Below are positions 27,683 through 41,744 of a stretch of DNA of 64,000 nucleotides, piece after piece (within the stretch, counting starts at the first letter, position 1; each line of letters starts with the position of its first letter). The DNA is from Octopus vulgaris. Lineage: Eukaryota. Below the pieces are notes generated by a model that was given only the letters and a program-made list of their open reading frames with translations, did not search any database and was not told the DNA's origin. The stretch covers positions 18,166,001-18,230,000 of the forward strand of contig OX597824.1 in the NCBI GenBank assembly GCA_951406725.2, given 5' to 3'. Both the position numbers and the translations under genes were made by a program.

Positions 27683-28317
27683 CATGTATGTATGTATATA
27701 CATACATGTATGTATATATATGTGTGTGGGTAGGTGTGCACGGACGCGCAATCGTGGATGTATGGAAGAAGATATATATCAATGTATATATACCGGAGTA
27801 ATCAAATAAATGTGAAACAAGGTGGAAAAAAGAGTATTCAAATACCAAAGGCAGAGTAATATGCTTTATTTAAATGCCCCAGAAATATAACAAAAGCTGT
27901 TACTCAATATCACTGAAACTCTGAGTAACAGCTTTTGTATCCATCAAGCACACGTATCCATCATATATGTGTACGTATGTGTGTATGTACATATTTATAT
28001 ACATATGTAGTTATGTATATATATATCAATGTATGTATATATATTGGTTGTGAGCATGGGTACTAATTTATTTCATTAAGTTTTACTGTAATCAGATTGA
28101 ATTTTAAATAAAGCTCTCTATTTTTTTTCTCTTTTGTTTATTGTTTTGCCAGAAACTATTTTTCCTCTCCTATCTTTGAGATTCTTGAAATGTTCTTACA
28201 CGTGATTTAGTAATTTTCTTTTATTCTTCGTTTACACCCTAAACACATCCGATTATTTCTTTAAACATTAACACGCGCATACACAACACACGCTTGTTCA
28301 AGTGTATACATGTACTG

Positions 28318-28352
<35 letters not shown>

Positions 28353-28985
28353 TATACGTACTTGTATATAAATGTGTTTATATATATATATCTTAGTCTT
28401 TTCTGCTAATTATTTGTATCAACTTGTAAAATTCATTCTCGTAATTTCTTAATCTTTCTTTAGATGCACAGTCTTTTTTTAATCAGTAATTTTCTTTATC
28501 TATACTTAGTTACCTAGTTTATTTTGAAGTTTTTATTCAATACATTTGAAAAATATTTGTTTCACTTTGTCACCTATCATGATATTCGTGTGTATATCTA
28601 TGAAAAGATCTGATCACAGTTAGTATATATTTTGTCCTTCCAGCGTATACGCCGATATTGCTAATTACCTTTTTTTTTTCTGTTATACGTACACACATGC
28701 TCACGATAGAGATATATGCTCCTGCTTATTTTAACGTACGTGTATACCTAAATACATTTAAAGATGCATATACGCGCACACGTACAAATTCAGGCAAATA
28801 TAAACACACAAGCACACGTATCCATCATATATGTGTATGCATGTGTGTGCTTGTGTGTATGTACATATTTATATACATATATATTTAAGCACATACATAC
28901 ATACATATATATATACACGTATATATGCATAGACTTTCATACACACACGCTCACATCTATATACATATATACACACATACATACA

Positions 28986-29021
<36 letters not shown>

Positions 29022-29056
29022 TATATACATATATATACATATATATACATATATAC

Positions 29057-29113
<57 letters not shown>

Positions 29114-29118
29114 CATAC

Positions 29119-29185
<67 letters not shown>

Positions 29186-29236
29186 CATACATATATATAT
29201 ATACATACATATATATATATATACATACATATATAT

Positions 29237-29357
<121 letters not shown>

Positions 29358-29402
29358 CATATATATACATACATATATATATATATATATACACATAAAT
29401 AC

Positions 29403-29434
<32 letters not shown>

Positions 29435-30794
29435 ATGTGTGTATATATATGTATGTTCTGCTGCATTGCTTGAAGTTTTTTTTTTCTTTTCTATAAAAAG
29501 TTTTAAAATATTCCAGACATGTAAAACTTGCCTATCTTATTATTTAATTCATATTTGCTTTTCTATCTGTTTTTTTTTTTTTAATTTTTTACCTTTTATT
29601 GTTATTCTTTTGTTTTCAGTTTTAAATTTCCTGTAAGCATTACAAAAGATATTGCCTTATCACCTATTCAAAATCTGCCAAAATTTTCTACGTTCTTTAA
29701 ATATAAATATTTTGCGACAGCTTTTTCCCCTTTTTTTTTTTATTTACAAATGTTTTTTTATTACTATTATTTTGCTGCTTATCTTTTGAACTTATATTAT
29801 TTTATTTCAATTACATTTTCTTCCCGGACACCGTGTGTCTTGTCACGTATTTTGCACGCTTTTTTTTTTCCTGTTCATATTTTGTCATATTTTCTCATAC
29901 TTCGCGACTTTTTCGTGTTTCAAATAACTTTATGTTAATTTGTTGTATATGTGTAGTGTGTGTCTAATTTTATTTTTTCCAAAAATTTTAAACTGAAAAC
30001 TGTTTTGAAAGCAAATCAAATTTGATCCCTGTACAGATGTGCGAACGGTAAGAAGAAGAAGACGAATGTAAATAAATGCCGTTGGTATTAACAAGACAGA
30101 TCGCTAAACTTTTAGCTATGAGAACAATAGAAGAGATTTCTCGCGTGTTGATATATATTGGTCAAAACTAACAAAGAAAAATCCTGAGATAACAGTAACT
30201 AACAAAATAGATACGGGAGAAAAAAATATCAACTCTAGAGAAATTAAAATTTATTGAAATAAATGAGAATAACACGAAGGAGCTTAGGTGTGTAAACTTA
30301 AGTGAGCAGGTATAACTGAGAAACCTACCACTGGAATTCTAATAAGGCAGAACAAAAGATTCAATAAATATAATGTAGGTGTATAACCTAATGAATTGTT
30401 ATTTCGCACCTGGGTAAATAGCAATCTACTCAGGTGAGAAACTGTAACTATGAAACAAAGAACGAGAAATGTTAATTAAGCCGTCCTCGAAATTGTATTT
30501 CTTTCTACTTTGATATCACTCATAATTAAGAAATTCTATGGTCAATGAGCTTCCAACGGTGACCGCCCCTATTTAGTTATATCACTGATTACATTGATGG
30601 ATCTATCTTCTTGTTTAAGACGGTGCACTTTGGTTTAAGTGAGATTTTCTGGCATTTCTCCGCAAGGTGATCGACCATGCTGCGACGCCTTATTTATTAG
30701 CATTGCCTTGTATTTGCTTCAGACATTGATGGTCTGTCATGCTAGCGCACATCTTTACCAAAATACCAAGAAGGCGGATAGAATAGGTTGAAGA

Positions 30795-31298
30795 ACTGTG
30801 TGGTAAGCAGCTTGGTTTTTAACCACATGGTTCGGATTGAGTGCCATCTTGGGTAGGTGTCTTCTAATATAACCTCAGACCCACCAAAGACTTATGAGTG
30901 GATTTGGTAGACGGATTCTGAAAGACGCCAGTCGTTTATTTACATATATATATAGGTAAATAAACGGAGTTGAACGCAGATGCTATTCAAATTCTTTTAC
31001 TTTCGACATATGTTTCGAAGACAACATTGGTTTTATTCCAAAGTAATAAACGGTATAAAATGCAATCTTCTGATCAGGAAAGAAAGAGAGCCTATCTCGA
31101 CAACAAGACATTATAACAATTTTGATGACTCCATTTATTTACTTATACTACACAAATTACTGCACATTAACCCGGAGTTTCTACCTTTGAATAGGTCGCT
31201 ACATCCTTGTTGCTTGCGTGTATTTTGCTACCCTGGTAACTGTTTATTGAATTTTCCATGTTATCGGTACACAAAGGATAATTCATTCATCCATTTAC

Positions 31299-31343
<45 letters not shown>

Positions 31344-31530
31344 TACGAGGCTTTTATCTGCGTTTGTCTCCTCACCAGCCCTTGACAATCGATACTGGTG
31401 TGCTTTGCCGTTCGGAAAAATATTACCAGGCAATAAGCACTGAGTTGATGCATTCGACTAAAACTTCTTCAAGACAGTGGTCCAGCATGGTCGCAGACTA
31501 ATGACTGAAACAAGAAACAGATAAAAGATT
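30795..31530 (+). mobile_element. Diverged SINE family C split by an insertion in its internal microsatellite
   Basis: Head 30795-30935; tail 31340-31530 (ccagcatggtcgcagactaatgactgaaacaag). Confidence 0.7.
30952..31292 (-). mobile_element. Small hammerhead-bearing insertion (HHR fold 31000-31082)
   Basis: 14-bp TSD atttacatatatat (30938-30951 / 31293-31306); minus strand CUUUC CUGAUCA GAAGAUUGCAUU...AAUGUUGUCUUC GAAA CAUAUG UC GAAAG. Confidence 0.7.
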
Positions 31531-31934
31531 AATGCAATAACTGTACATAATTTCTACATTTTGTAAATAAGTTTTAAAATGACAGTTTTTCCCAAATCAT
31601 TAATTACACATAAGTAGTATGAAACAGAATTAATCCTTCGATGGAATTTCTAAAAATTTAACGCATCGCCACGCGCGTTTCCACAAATTACACGTCTCTT
31701 AGGACCATAGCCTATATTCCTGGTATGATTAGAGTGTATCGGTAGTATCCGTGGACATCGGAGATTTACCAGAGGGATGTGTATTCCTTTCGACCAGTGC
31801 GAAGGTTGGCTGAGTTATGTGAGTATTTCTGTGTGGTGGAAAGAGAGAAAAGCATGGTAGTAATATGGGAAAACATGCACACAGACACAGACACATATAT
31901 ATCTACATACATATATACTCACATACATACATAC

Positions 31935-31972
<38 letters not shown>

Positions 31973-31994
31973 GTATATACATATATATATATAC

Positions 31995-32102
31995 GATAAA
32001 TGGAAAACGGAGGCAAGCGCACAAGATGTTATATAAATCATTTATATTGCCGACAATGATATTAATAATATCTTGTGCGTTTGTCTCCATTTTCCATTTG
32101 TC
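31995..32102. repeat. Imperfect inverted repeat, ~38-bp arms
   Basis: gataaatggaaaacggaggcaagcgcacaagatgttat / ataatatcttgtgcgtttgtctccattttccatttgtc. Confidence 0.85.
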
Positions 32103-32248
32103 TTATGTTCTCCAAAACAGAACTCACTTCTCCTTGGAATTATTAGCCATGTATGTATGGTTACTAATATTTTAAAGTGGTTATGGGACATGTGGCTACA
32201 CCGGTAACTATTTCTCCGGTTCTTTCCTTGTAAATTAAACACACACAA

Positions 32249-32279
<31 letters not shown>

Positions 32280-33182
32280 TACATACACACATGTACACGC
32301 ACACATATATGTACTCGAACGGTTAGACTCGAAGTAGATAAAGCTATACATAAGAGCGCGGACATGTTAGGTAAATTCAAACCTCTGCAGAGGTAAGTGG
32401 AAGGCACTCTATGGAACACGAAACCACATTTTTTGCAAAACATAACAGATATTCTACGAAAGGCAGCCTCTGACTCTTTTTCTTTATCCAAAATTATTCT
32501 TCATATCGCAATCTGCTTCGAGTTTCACTATTCTCTTTTTGTTGTCTCACAGATTCATAATTCTCATGTGTGAGTGTGTGTGTGTTCATGTATGTCTGTG
32601 TGTATATCTATCTATCTGTCTATCTATCCATCTATATATGGCTGTGTATCTGTGTGTGTATATATATCTGTCTATCTATCCATCTCTATATGTGTGTGTT
32701 GGACTGGATTAATCTTGCGGTAGACCAGCTCCCCGCCCAGTAGACAGGAAATATACACGTCACAGAATCCGGAAACCGGTCTTATGAAACAGTGGCTCGG
32801 GAATGATTTTAATGGCTTCTTTTTTTAAGGATGATCGTAGGTCTCTGTCGTTCGACGATGAAGATTCACTTACTTGATGGATTAAATTAGTTGCTCTTAA
32901 CTGTATAACCGAGCATTCTTCTCACACGTGTAAATCTGGCGCAGTTTTTAGGCAGAATCAGCGTGACACGGATGTAACTTTTGAAATGCAGGTAAGGCAC
33001 TCGATTGGCAAAGTGTATAGAGCTTCAAAGGGAAACTTCACATTGTTCTTTTCGACTCAATGTGCTCTGAGTTCAAATCCTAAAGTAAGTAAAATACCAG
33101 TTCAGTCATGCGAATCATCTCTCTTCTTCTTTCCATCATCACCCTCTCTTACACTGTTCCTCGCGTTCTCTGAGGAAATACT

Positions 33183-33573
33183 GGGGGAGATGTTGTGTAG
33201 ACGCCCCCAAATGATGAAGTAGGCTCGCACAATACGTAGATATAGAGGGAGAAGCCTAGACGTCAAGAGAGCAGGTGTAGTAGCAGTCGTAGACTAGACT
33301 AGAGTAGTAGAGTAGCAGTAGAGTCGAAGTTGAGTAGTAGAGGCATCCAAACGTGCGAGATAACAGGAGATATTCAGAGAGAGAAAGAGGGTAGACGAGA
33401 TCTTCGTACTAAACTTGTACTTATTTTTAGATGAGTAATTCTTGTTCAACCGCACAACATATCGCCAGTCGAAGAATCGAAACCACGAACGTTTGGTCGT
33501 GAGCGCAAAATAATAAATCCTCAGTCCACGTGCATTCATCAATTAAACCACAGAAACTTAATAACTCCTTACA
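33183..33573 (+). mobile_element. Probable 3' LTR of an LTR retrotransposon with its polypurine tract
   Basis: GGGGGAGA immediately before TGTTG (33191); AATAAA near 33511; ends ...CTTACA; composition differs from the flanks. Confidence 0.5.
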
Positions 33574-34634
33574 ATAAAGTAACATAAATGAATTTTAATG
33601 CTCCCCCTTGCTTATAGCAGTCATATAAATTTCTGCAAAATAACAATATATTTAGAGTTAAACAGACCCAATGAATATTAAGAGACTTTCTCAAAGATAT
33701 AATTTCGACTCTCAGACACTAGTTTTTAAATTCAATTATTTCATTTATTTGAGATTTATAGTGTACTACTAGAATTAGATATTACATTTTCTCTTTATTG
33801 CATACTAGTAATAATACAAAACATGTTTCATATTGTGAAAGCCATTCTTATATTACAAGAAACGTCACTTTTGAGTTTCAGGGATATGAGAGAAAAGGAT
33901 AAAAATGCAGAATTTTATTTTTTTCCCCTTGTTTTTTTCTTTTTTTCTTTTTGTCTTTGTAGCAAAGCCAGATTAAAGCTTGTAGCTTGTGTTGTTAGTA
34001 AGAGGCCTTGTGTTGTGTGGCTGTATCGCTTTCTGATTCTGAAAGCATGTTCAAAAAGCAATTATTTTATTTGAAGTGATGAGGAAACAAACGGAACACA
34101 AAATCTCCCTGAACTATGAATCAGCTATTAGAATCAATAATCTTCTCCTTTCAAGAGTTTGCATGGATTGTTTTTAACTGTCAGCTAGCCATAAAGTATT
34201 ATGCCAACTGATGTGGAATGACAGCATCCCTTGATTCAACTTTCACAACATTAAAGTTAAAATAATTTCACTGTAATCAAAGCATAAACTTCACTTATGC
34301 CATTATGTTTAACGATTTGAATTTACGCTTTATATTTAAGAATAGAACACACACGGTCACAAATAGATAGATAGGTGATAAGTATACTTGAGTGAATCCT
34401 TATCCTAGAATATTATTACTACGCGTCTCATTGACCTTCCCCCTCCGAGGGAAGGAAATTAAATTAAGCTCCACCGAGATTTGAACTTCGGTCGTAAAAA
34501 AAATGTAACTAAACCCTGGAAGTCATTTTTAACCATGCTTTATTAAATCTACCCTAACAAGGTCATGCTCAGTATTTATCAGTGATTGAAGCAGACGAGG
34601 AAGCTGCACCACGGTACTTGTAATACTGTGCTAG

Positions 34635-35220
34635 GGCGGTGAGCTGGCAGAAACGTTAGCACGCCGGGCAAAATGCTGAGCGGTATTTCGCCTGCCGTTA
34701 CGTTCTGAGTTCAAATTCCGCCGAGGTCGACTTTGCCTTTCATCCCTCCGGGGTCGATAAATTAAGTACTAGTTACTCACTGGAGTCGATATAATCGACT
34801 TAATCCGTTGTCTGTCCTTGTTTGTCCTCTCTGTGTTTAGCCCCTTGTGGGTAGTAAAGAAATAGGTATTTCGTCTGCCGTTACGTTTTGAGTTCAAATT
34901 ACGCCAAGGTCGACTTTGCATTTCATCCTCTCGGTCTCGATAAATTAAGTACCAGTTACGCACTGGAGTCGATATAATCGACTTAATCCGTTTGCCTGTC
35001 CTTGTGTGCCCTATCTATGTTTAGCCCCTTGTGAGTAGTAAAGAAATAGGTATTTCGTCTGCCGTTATGTTGTGAGTTCACATTCATCCTGTCATCCTTT
35101 CGGGGACGATAAATTAAGTACCAGTTACGCACTGGGGAAGATGTAATCGACTTAATCCGTTTGTCTGTCCTTGTTTGTCCTCTCTGTGTTTATTTAGCCC
35201 CTTGTGGGTAGTAAAGAAAT
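34635..35220 (+). mobile_element. SINE family B with three tandem units
   Basis: 18-bp TSD ggtacttgtaatactgtg (34613-34630 / 35222-35239). Confidence 0.92.
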
Positions 35221-35293
35221 AGGTACTTGTAATACTGTGTTGGCTTAAACGATAGGGAGTCAAGAAAACAACGGCTTGCTGCATTTAGACACC

Positions 35294-35793
35294 CTCAATC
35301 AGGCAATTGCCATATTCTGAACGCCTTACTTCCCTGGGCATGGACACATTGAAACTCCGACGTCTGGCAACTGAGTTGGCAGACACCCATAAAATGATTA
35401 ACCATCTTACAAACAATAACTCTGAGCACCTTTTCAAACTCCATATGTCTAACACCCGTGGACATATTTACAAAGTCAGAAAACAGCACAGCTCCTATGA
35501 CTTTAGGAAATATTTTTTCACGCTGAGAGTTGTTGAAGCATGGAACAAACTGCCGGCATCAGTTGTTAGTTGTCGGAGCACTGCATCCTTCAAAACTTCC
35601 ATGCTTTCTGAGATTCACCAATACTACACCTGATTTTCTCCCCTCAATACACACACAAGCATGTATCTGACTCATACATTGTTCGCCTTCCAGACATCTG
35701 GACATTACTGCATATACTCTATACGCACTTTCTGACAAGTTGTGGTGCACCTGAGCACTGTATACAATAATTTCATTATATTATATTATATTA
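35294..35793 (+). mobile_element. 3' end of a second CR1-group LINE
   Basis: ORF 35307-35633 PYSERLTSLGMDTLKLRR...TRGHIYKV...RKYFFTLRVVEAWNKLP; (ATTAT)n tail. Confidence 0.85.
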
Positions 35794-35911
35794 TCTCAAC
35801 GAGGATCACTATGCCGCTCATTAGACCAGTGACGCTAAAACAAAACACTAGGTTCGATTTTAATTATGATGCACTTCATTTAATATATATGTGTGAGTGC
35901 GTGTGTATGTG

Positions 35912-36212
35912 TGAAGGCGTGTGGCTTAGGGCGTTCGACTCGTGATCGTAAGGTCGTGAGTTCAATTCCCGGCGACGCATTTTGTCCTTGCGCAAGACAC
36001 TTTATTTCACGTTGCTCTCAGCTGGCAAAAATGAGTAGTACCTGTATTTAAAAGGGCCAGCCTTTTTACACTCTGTGTCACGCTGAATCTCACTGAGAGC
36101 AACCATTAAGGGTACACGTGTCTGTGGAGTGCTCTGCCACTTGCACGTTAATTTCACGAGCAGGCTGTTGTGTTGATCGTATTAGCTGGCACGTCCGTCG
36201 TCGTAACCGACA
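35912..36212 (+). mobile_element. tRNA-SINE head H1 + tail X
   Basis: Homologous to 431-753. Confidence 0.85.
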
Positions 36213-36519
36213 AAGGAAGTTTTGGAAAGCAACATCTGGTATCGACTTGCCTTTACCACGAATTATCCCTGAGAGAGCAGTCCTCCTTGTTACTCATTGG
36301 TACAGCTCAAGAATTTTACTGTTTTCCTTGGTTTCGGTTATGGTGTTAACTATATATGCAGATATACGAACCTTGTATTTCGTTGTGTTTCGTTTCAACG
36401 TCTCATGGCTACAAAATGAACAAGGCTTAAGCACAACAGCACACAAAAGAGATTAAGATGAGAATACTTAGCAGAAAGCCCACGTGGTTCTGAGTGGTTG
36501 CGATAAGTCCTATTTAAAG

Positions 36520-37300
36520 TTGGTTACTGGACATACGATGCCGTATGCTGATGACGAAACCAACTATTCTTTCTAGCTTAAAAATATCCCATCGAACAAC
36601 AATGGCTGACATTGCAATACGATTTAATTTGGAATAAATTGACAATAAATGCCCTCACTGAAACTAGATCTACCGTCAACTTTAAAACTTTCTTAGAAAT
36701 ATCGCATTAGTTAGAGATTGACATGGATAGACCTACCGGAAGCTAAACAGCTTTATTCCACAACTGTTATATTAGCGATGACCAGACTCTGTGTTTGCCT
36801 ATGTTTTAAACAGAGTGCTGGGATCAAATACTCTTTCGCAACCTCCCACACACAGTTCAGACTTGTCCTCGACATACAGACTGCTCAATTCACATGACTT
36901 GGAATAATATTACGCTGCTTCTTGTTACAATACATAACTGTCAAATATGATTAACAGATTTGGTATATCAACAGTTATGTACGGAAGACAGGTAATCTAT
37001 TCCTGGAGATTTGACCAACGAATTTCTCCAGTACTTCTGCTGAAATTGTTTTTTTTTTTTTTTTCAACGAATTCAGTTTTTCCTCCAAGACTCTGTCCAA
37101 ATAAGTACCGAACTCTGTCGCTTCCTCTCTGTCGTTACGTACGAACAGATCCGCAATTGTTCCCTGCTCGGCAACAGAAAGCAGTCTATTAATGCGTCAC
37201 CAAATATCAGCTGCACTTCACTATAAAACTCTACTGCATGTGTGTATGGAACGTCTTCTGTTCACTGACATTTCAGTCTATGGACGCTACCATGAACAAC
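36520..37300 (+). pseudogene. Possible highly decayed non-LTR RT remnant
   Basis: YADDET-like segment at ~36544 and an FLxI..LTW-like segment at ~36690-36726; heavily disrupted. Confidence 0.3.
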
Positions 37301-37401
37301 GCAACCATCGTACTTCTTGTTGAGGAAATGGATAATGGATATTCCCACCGTGACGACATCCCAAGCGATAACATTTCTGTTCTAATATAGTAACTTATTT
37401 G

Positions 37402-37595
37402 AGGCGGCGAACAGCCCTTAGCACGCTGAGCAAATGTTTATCGACATTTCGGCTATCTTTACGTTCTGAGTTCAAATCCTACGCAGGTCGCCTTTGCCTT
37501 TCCCCCTTTGGGGGCCGATAGCAATTGAGCACTGGAGTCGATGTAATCAAAAGATCCCTCTCCCCAAAAATTGCTGGACTTGTGCCAAAATTTGA
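37402..37595 (+). mobile_element. Diverged SINE family B
   Basis: ggcggcga...ttctgagttcaaatcc...ctttgcctttc. Confidence 0.7.
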
Positions 37596-37764
37596 AGCTA
37601 ACATGTTAATCTATTTCTCTATTTCTAATCATTAAAGGTACATGTAAAAGCTACAAAAATTTGCTCCAATTTTCTTTTTTAATTCAGAAATAACGGCTTC
37701 ATATTTTATACTTATATTTGTAAATAATACTTAATAAGGTCGCTAATTTGCGATTTTGACAAAT

Positions 37765-38247
37765 TTCCAAGGCGAGAAAGAATCATGATTGTGTCGGTGG
37801 CTACATCCATATTGGTAGGTTTTGAGAATCGTTAGAAGGACGGAGAAAATAAGTTGCTGTTTTTGTTCTGAGTCTGAACATGAAAAAATAGAGGTGCAGT
37901 AATACCCCACCATATCGCGGTTTATTATTTAAGCTTGCGTCAATTGAAAGTGCGGAGGAAATGTATCCCAGTACTTATATGTGTATTGAGAACTAGTCTA
38001 AAAAGATTTGAACAGATGGATAGAAGAAATAGGCATAAAACCCAGATTAGTACAGCCGCAGAAAACAGTATTATTAGGCACGATTAGGATAATTAGGAGG
38101 GTTCTTGGTATCTAAGGTTACTTGCTGTAACCCAATAGGAGGGTTCTTGACATCTAGGGAAAATTGTTGTAGCCTGATGTCAGGATTCTTTTCTTTTCCA
38201 ACAGTCTAATCTTTTGAGTGTATATACATAATAATAATAATAATAAT
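37765..38247 (+). mobile_element. Decayed 3' end of an R4/Dong-like non-LTR element with (TAA)n tail
   Basis: RKNHDCVGGYIH, CIPVLICVL, RWIEEIGIKPRLVQPQKTVLLGTIRIIRRVL*, then ataataataataat. Confidence 0.65.
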
Positions 38248-38254
38248 TTTTTTT

Positions 38255-39553
38255 ACTATAGGTAAAAGGCCTGAAATTTGAGGAGGAGGTCATTTGATTA
38301 GATCAACCCCAGTACGCAACTGGTACTTAATGTGTCGATCCCCAATGGATAAAAGGCAAAGTCGACCTCGACAGAAATTAAAATCAGATTGCAGTGACGG
38401 GCGAAATATCGCTAAGAATTTCGTCCAGCGTACTGACGATTCTGCCTTTGATTTTGTTATGATTATGTATTTCTTTATTGCCCACAGAGGATGAACATAG
38501 GGGAAGCATTTATCATAATAATAATAATAATCATTTCCACTAAAGGCACAAGGCCTGAAATTTTGAGGGAGGGGGCTACTTGATTACATCGATCCCAGTG
38601 TTTCAATGGTACTTAATTTATTGACCACCAATGCATGAAAGGCAAATTTGACCTCGGCGGAATTTGATCTCAGAAAAGTAGGACGGATGAAGTGCTGCTA
38701 ATCATTTTACTGGGCATACTCTTTTACTCTTTTACTCTTTTATTTGTTTCAGTCATTTGACTGCGGCCATGCTGGAGCACCGCCTTTAGTCGAGCAAATC
38801 GACCCCGGGACTTATTCTTTGTAAGCCCAGTACTTATTCTATCGGTCTCTTTTTGCCGAACCGCTAAGTGACGGGGACGTAAACACACCAGCATCGGTTC
38901 TCAAGCAATGCTAGGGGGACAAACACAGACACACAAACACATACACACACACACACATATATATATACATATATACGACAGGCTTCTTTCAGTTTCCGTC
39001 TACCAAATCCACTCACAAGGCATTGGTCGGCCCGGGGCTATAGCAGAAGACACTTGCCTAAGATGCCACGCAGTGGGACTGAACCCGGAACCATGTGGTT
39101 GGCTAGCAAGCTACTTACCACACAGCCACTCGTGCTAACGATTCTGCCAGCTCGCCGTCTCAATGCTATCTACAACGGGTACAAGACCATATCTTTCCTT
39201 ATAGTAGAGGCGGCTATTGCTTAAGTCGATCCCAATGCACAACTAGTACTTATTTTGTCCAACTTGAAATCAGAAAAGGTAAAGTCGACCTCGGCGGAAT
39301 AATAATAATCATAACAAAAACAAAGGAGGTGAGCTGACAGAATTGTTAGCAAGCCGGGAGAAATGGTTAGCGGTATTTCGTCTGTCTTTGTGTTCTGAGT
39401 TCAAATTCCGCCGAGGTCGACTTTGCCCTTCATCTTTTAGGAGTCGATAAATTAAGTACCAGATGCGTACTGTGATCAAGCTAATCTCTTGGCCTCCTCC
39501 CCAAAATTTCGGGCCTTGTGTCTAGAGTAGAAAAGAATAATCATAACAACAAC

Positions 39554-39607
<54 letters not shown>

Positions 39608-39785
39608 TCTTGCTACTATAGGTACATGGCCCGAAATTTTGGGGGAGGGAGCCAGTCGACTTATATCGACCCCAGTACGCCACTAGTACTTAGTTTATCG
39701 ACCCCGAAAGGATGAAATGCAAAGTCGACCTCAACGGAATTTGAACCCATACATAAAGACAGATGAAATACAGCTAAGCATATCG
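38255..39785. mobile_element. Cluster of diverged family B SINEs among (AAT)n tracts, one interrupted by a family C copy
   Basis: B-type blocks at 38255-38450(-), 38535-38717+39130-39160(-), 39175-39300(-), 39325-39540(+) and 39615-39785(-). Confidence 0.75.
38718..39129 (-). mobile_element. Young SINE family C nested in a family B copy
   Basis: Near-consensus sequence; the B head resumes at 39130 (cgtgctaacgattctgccagctcgcc). Confidence 0.9.
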
Positions 39786-39805
39786 TGATAATAATAATGA
39801 TGATC

Positions 39806-39853
<48 letters not shown>

Positions 39854-40328
39854 TGTATGCCATGTTCTGAATAAGATGGCAAATATTACATATATATAAA
39901 ATATAGATTACCACAATTTGTAAAATACGCTAATTTGTCAGTGAACGAAGATGGACGAAATTACTTGATATTTTGTATTTATATGAGGGAGGAGTCTTTG
40001 GCCCATTATGTGCCATCAGAACATTACACCAAAGATACTTTGAACCCTTTCTGCGGGGACATGAACTGTAGAATATGAAGATGTAATTAAATATTCTGAC
40101 ACAAAAGTTGACTCAGAACAGGCAGGAGAGTATAAAATACAATAAAATGACACAGCATGGAATATTTGTCTTCTTTTCGACGAAGAAAATGTAACTAGTT
40201 TATTGACCTTCTTTGAAACTGAAGAATTGTACCGAGCAAAGACACAACTAAAAAAAAACAAAAAACAAAAATTATGAAGAGAAAAGCAGCACCAAGAAAA
40301 CAATCGAAAGAAGGAAAAATGTAATATA

Positions 40329-40364
<36 letters not shown>

Positions 40365-40658
40365 TGTATGTATGTATGTATGTATGTATGTATGTATGTA
40401 TGTATGTATGTATGTATGTATATATATATATATATGTATGTATATATATATATATATATATGTGTGTATAAATATATATATGTATGTATGTATGTATATA
40501 TATGTATGTATGTATGTATATTACACATAACTTAAGAATGCTCATTGTTTCTCTTTGTGGTCCCTTTTTTCCAGTTCACACCAGTACAGACAATGGGGAG
40601 CAGATCAAAGAATATGGGAAACATTCAACAAAAAACCCAAAAAATATAATAAAATAAT

Positions 40659-40707
<49 letters not shown>

Positions 40708-41019
40708 GTATGTAACAGAGAACTTCAGTGTTAGAGTTCAGATGATTCAATATGTGTTTGAAATTATCGGTTCCTAATCACCGTTAAGGGACAACAGTCT
40801 TTTTCGGACTTGCCGTTGCCAAGGTGCTGGTCTGAAGGGACAATGTCTTGCGGTGCATAAAATTATTAATCGACAATTCGAGATACAATTTCACCTAGAG
40901 TAAAGAATGTTTTGGGATGAGAAAAAGATAGTTTCCGTAGCGATAAAAAGTATTGGGAGATGATTAATAGAAGACGGTATATTTGTAATTATCTATAGAG
41001 ATATGAACTTTATATATGT

Positions 41020-41200
41020 AGTAAATCCCACCGAATAATGAAGAACAAACACAGAAAAAACAACAACGCGAGGACGTGATACATGTAAAGTATTAAGGAA
41101 GGAAACAAAGGTAGTTTTACATTTCGAGCGAAGCTCTTCTTCAGAAACGGAGAAAAGTTCAATAGGAAAGGAAGACGGAGAGAAAAAATTGCCAACGATT
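41020..41200 (-). mobile_element. Family E hammerhead-bearing element (HHR fold 41114-41148)
   Basis: Minus strand GUUU CUGAAGA A GAGC UUC GCUC GAAA UGU A AAAC. Confidence 0.75.
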
Positions 41201-41302
41201 TCGACTAACTGTGGAGTATCTAATTCGCGGAATTCTTCCTGCCATCGGATTACATTACTTTGTTCATTCCGAATACGCCATTTCTGCACCTTGATTTTGA
41301 AT

Positions 41303-41353
<51 letters not shown>

Positions 41354-41361
41354 TCAAAATC

Positions 41362-41441
<80 letters not shown>

Positions 41442-41447
41442 CAAGTC

Positions 41448-41610
41448 GCAAAAGTGGCTGTGTGGTAAGTGGCTTGCTTCCAACCATATGGTTCCGGGTT
41501 CAGTCCCACTACTTGCCACCTTTGTTAAGCGTCTTCTACTATATCCGCGCGCCAACCAAAGCCTTGTGAGTGAATATGGTAGACGGAAACTGAAAGAAGC
41601 CCGTCGTATA
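41448..41610 (+). mobile_element. SINE family C head only
   Basis: gtggctgtgtggtaag...gacggaaactgaaagaagcccgtcg. Confidence 0.8.
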
Positions 41611-41628
41611 TATGGGTTTGTATATAGG

Positions 41629-41662
<34 letters not shown>

Positions 41663-41669
41663 TATGTAT

Positions 41670-41739
<70 letters not shown>

Positions 41740-41744
41740 AATGC

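Noticed and set aside
30025-30053. cag|ATGTGCGAACG|gtaaga micro-exon-like motif (similar at ~43020)
   Set aside because: Too short and unsupported; expected by chance.
36546-36560. CTGATGACGAAAC
   Set aside because: No stem II or stem I; better explained as a YADD-like codon run.
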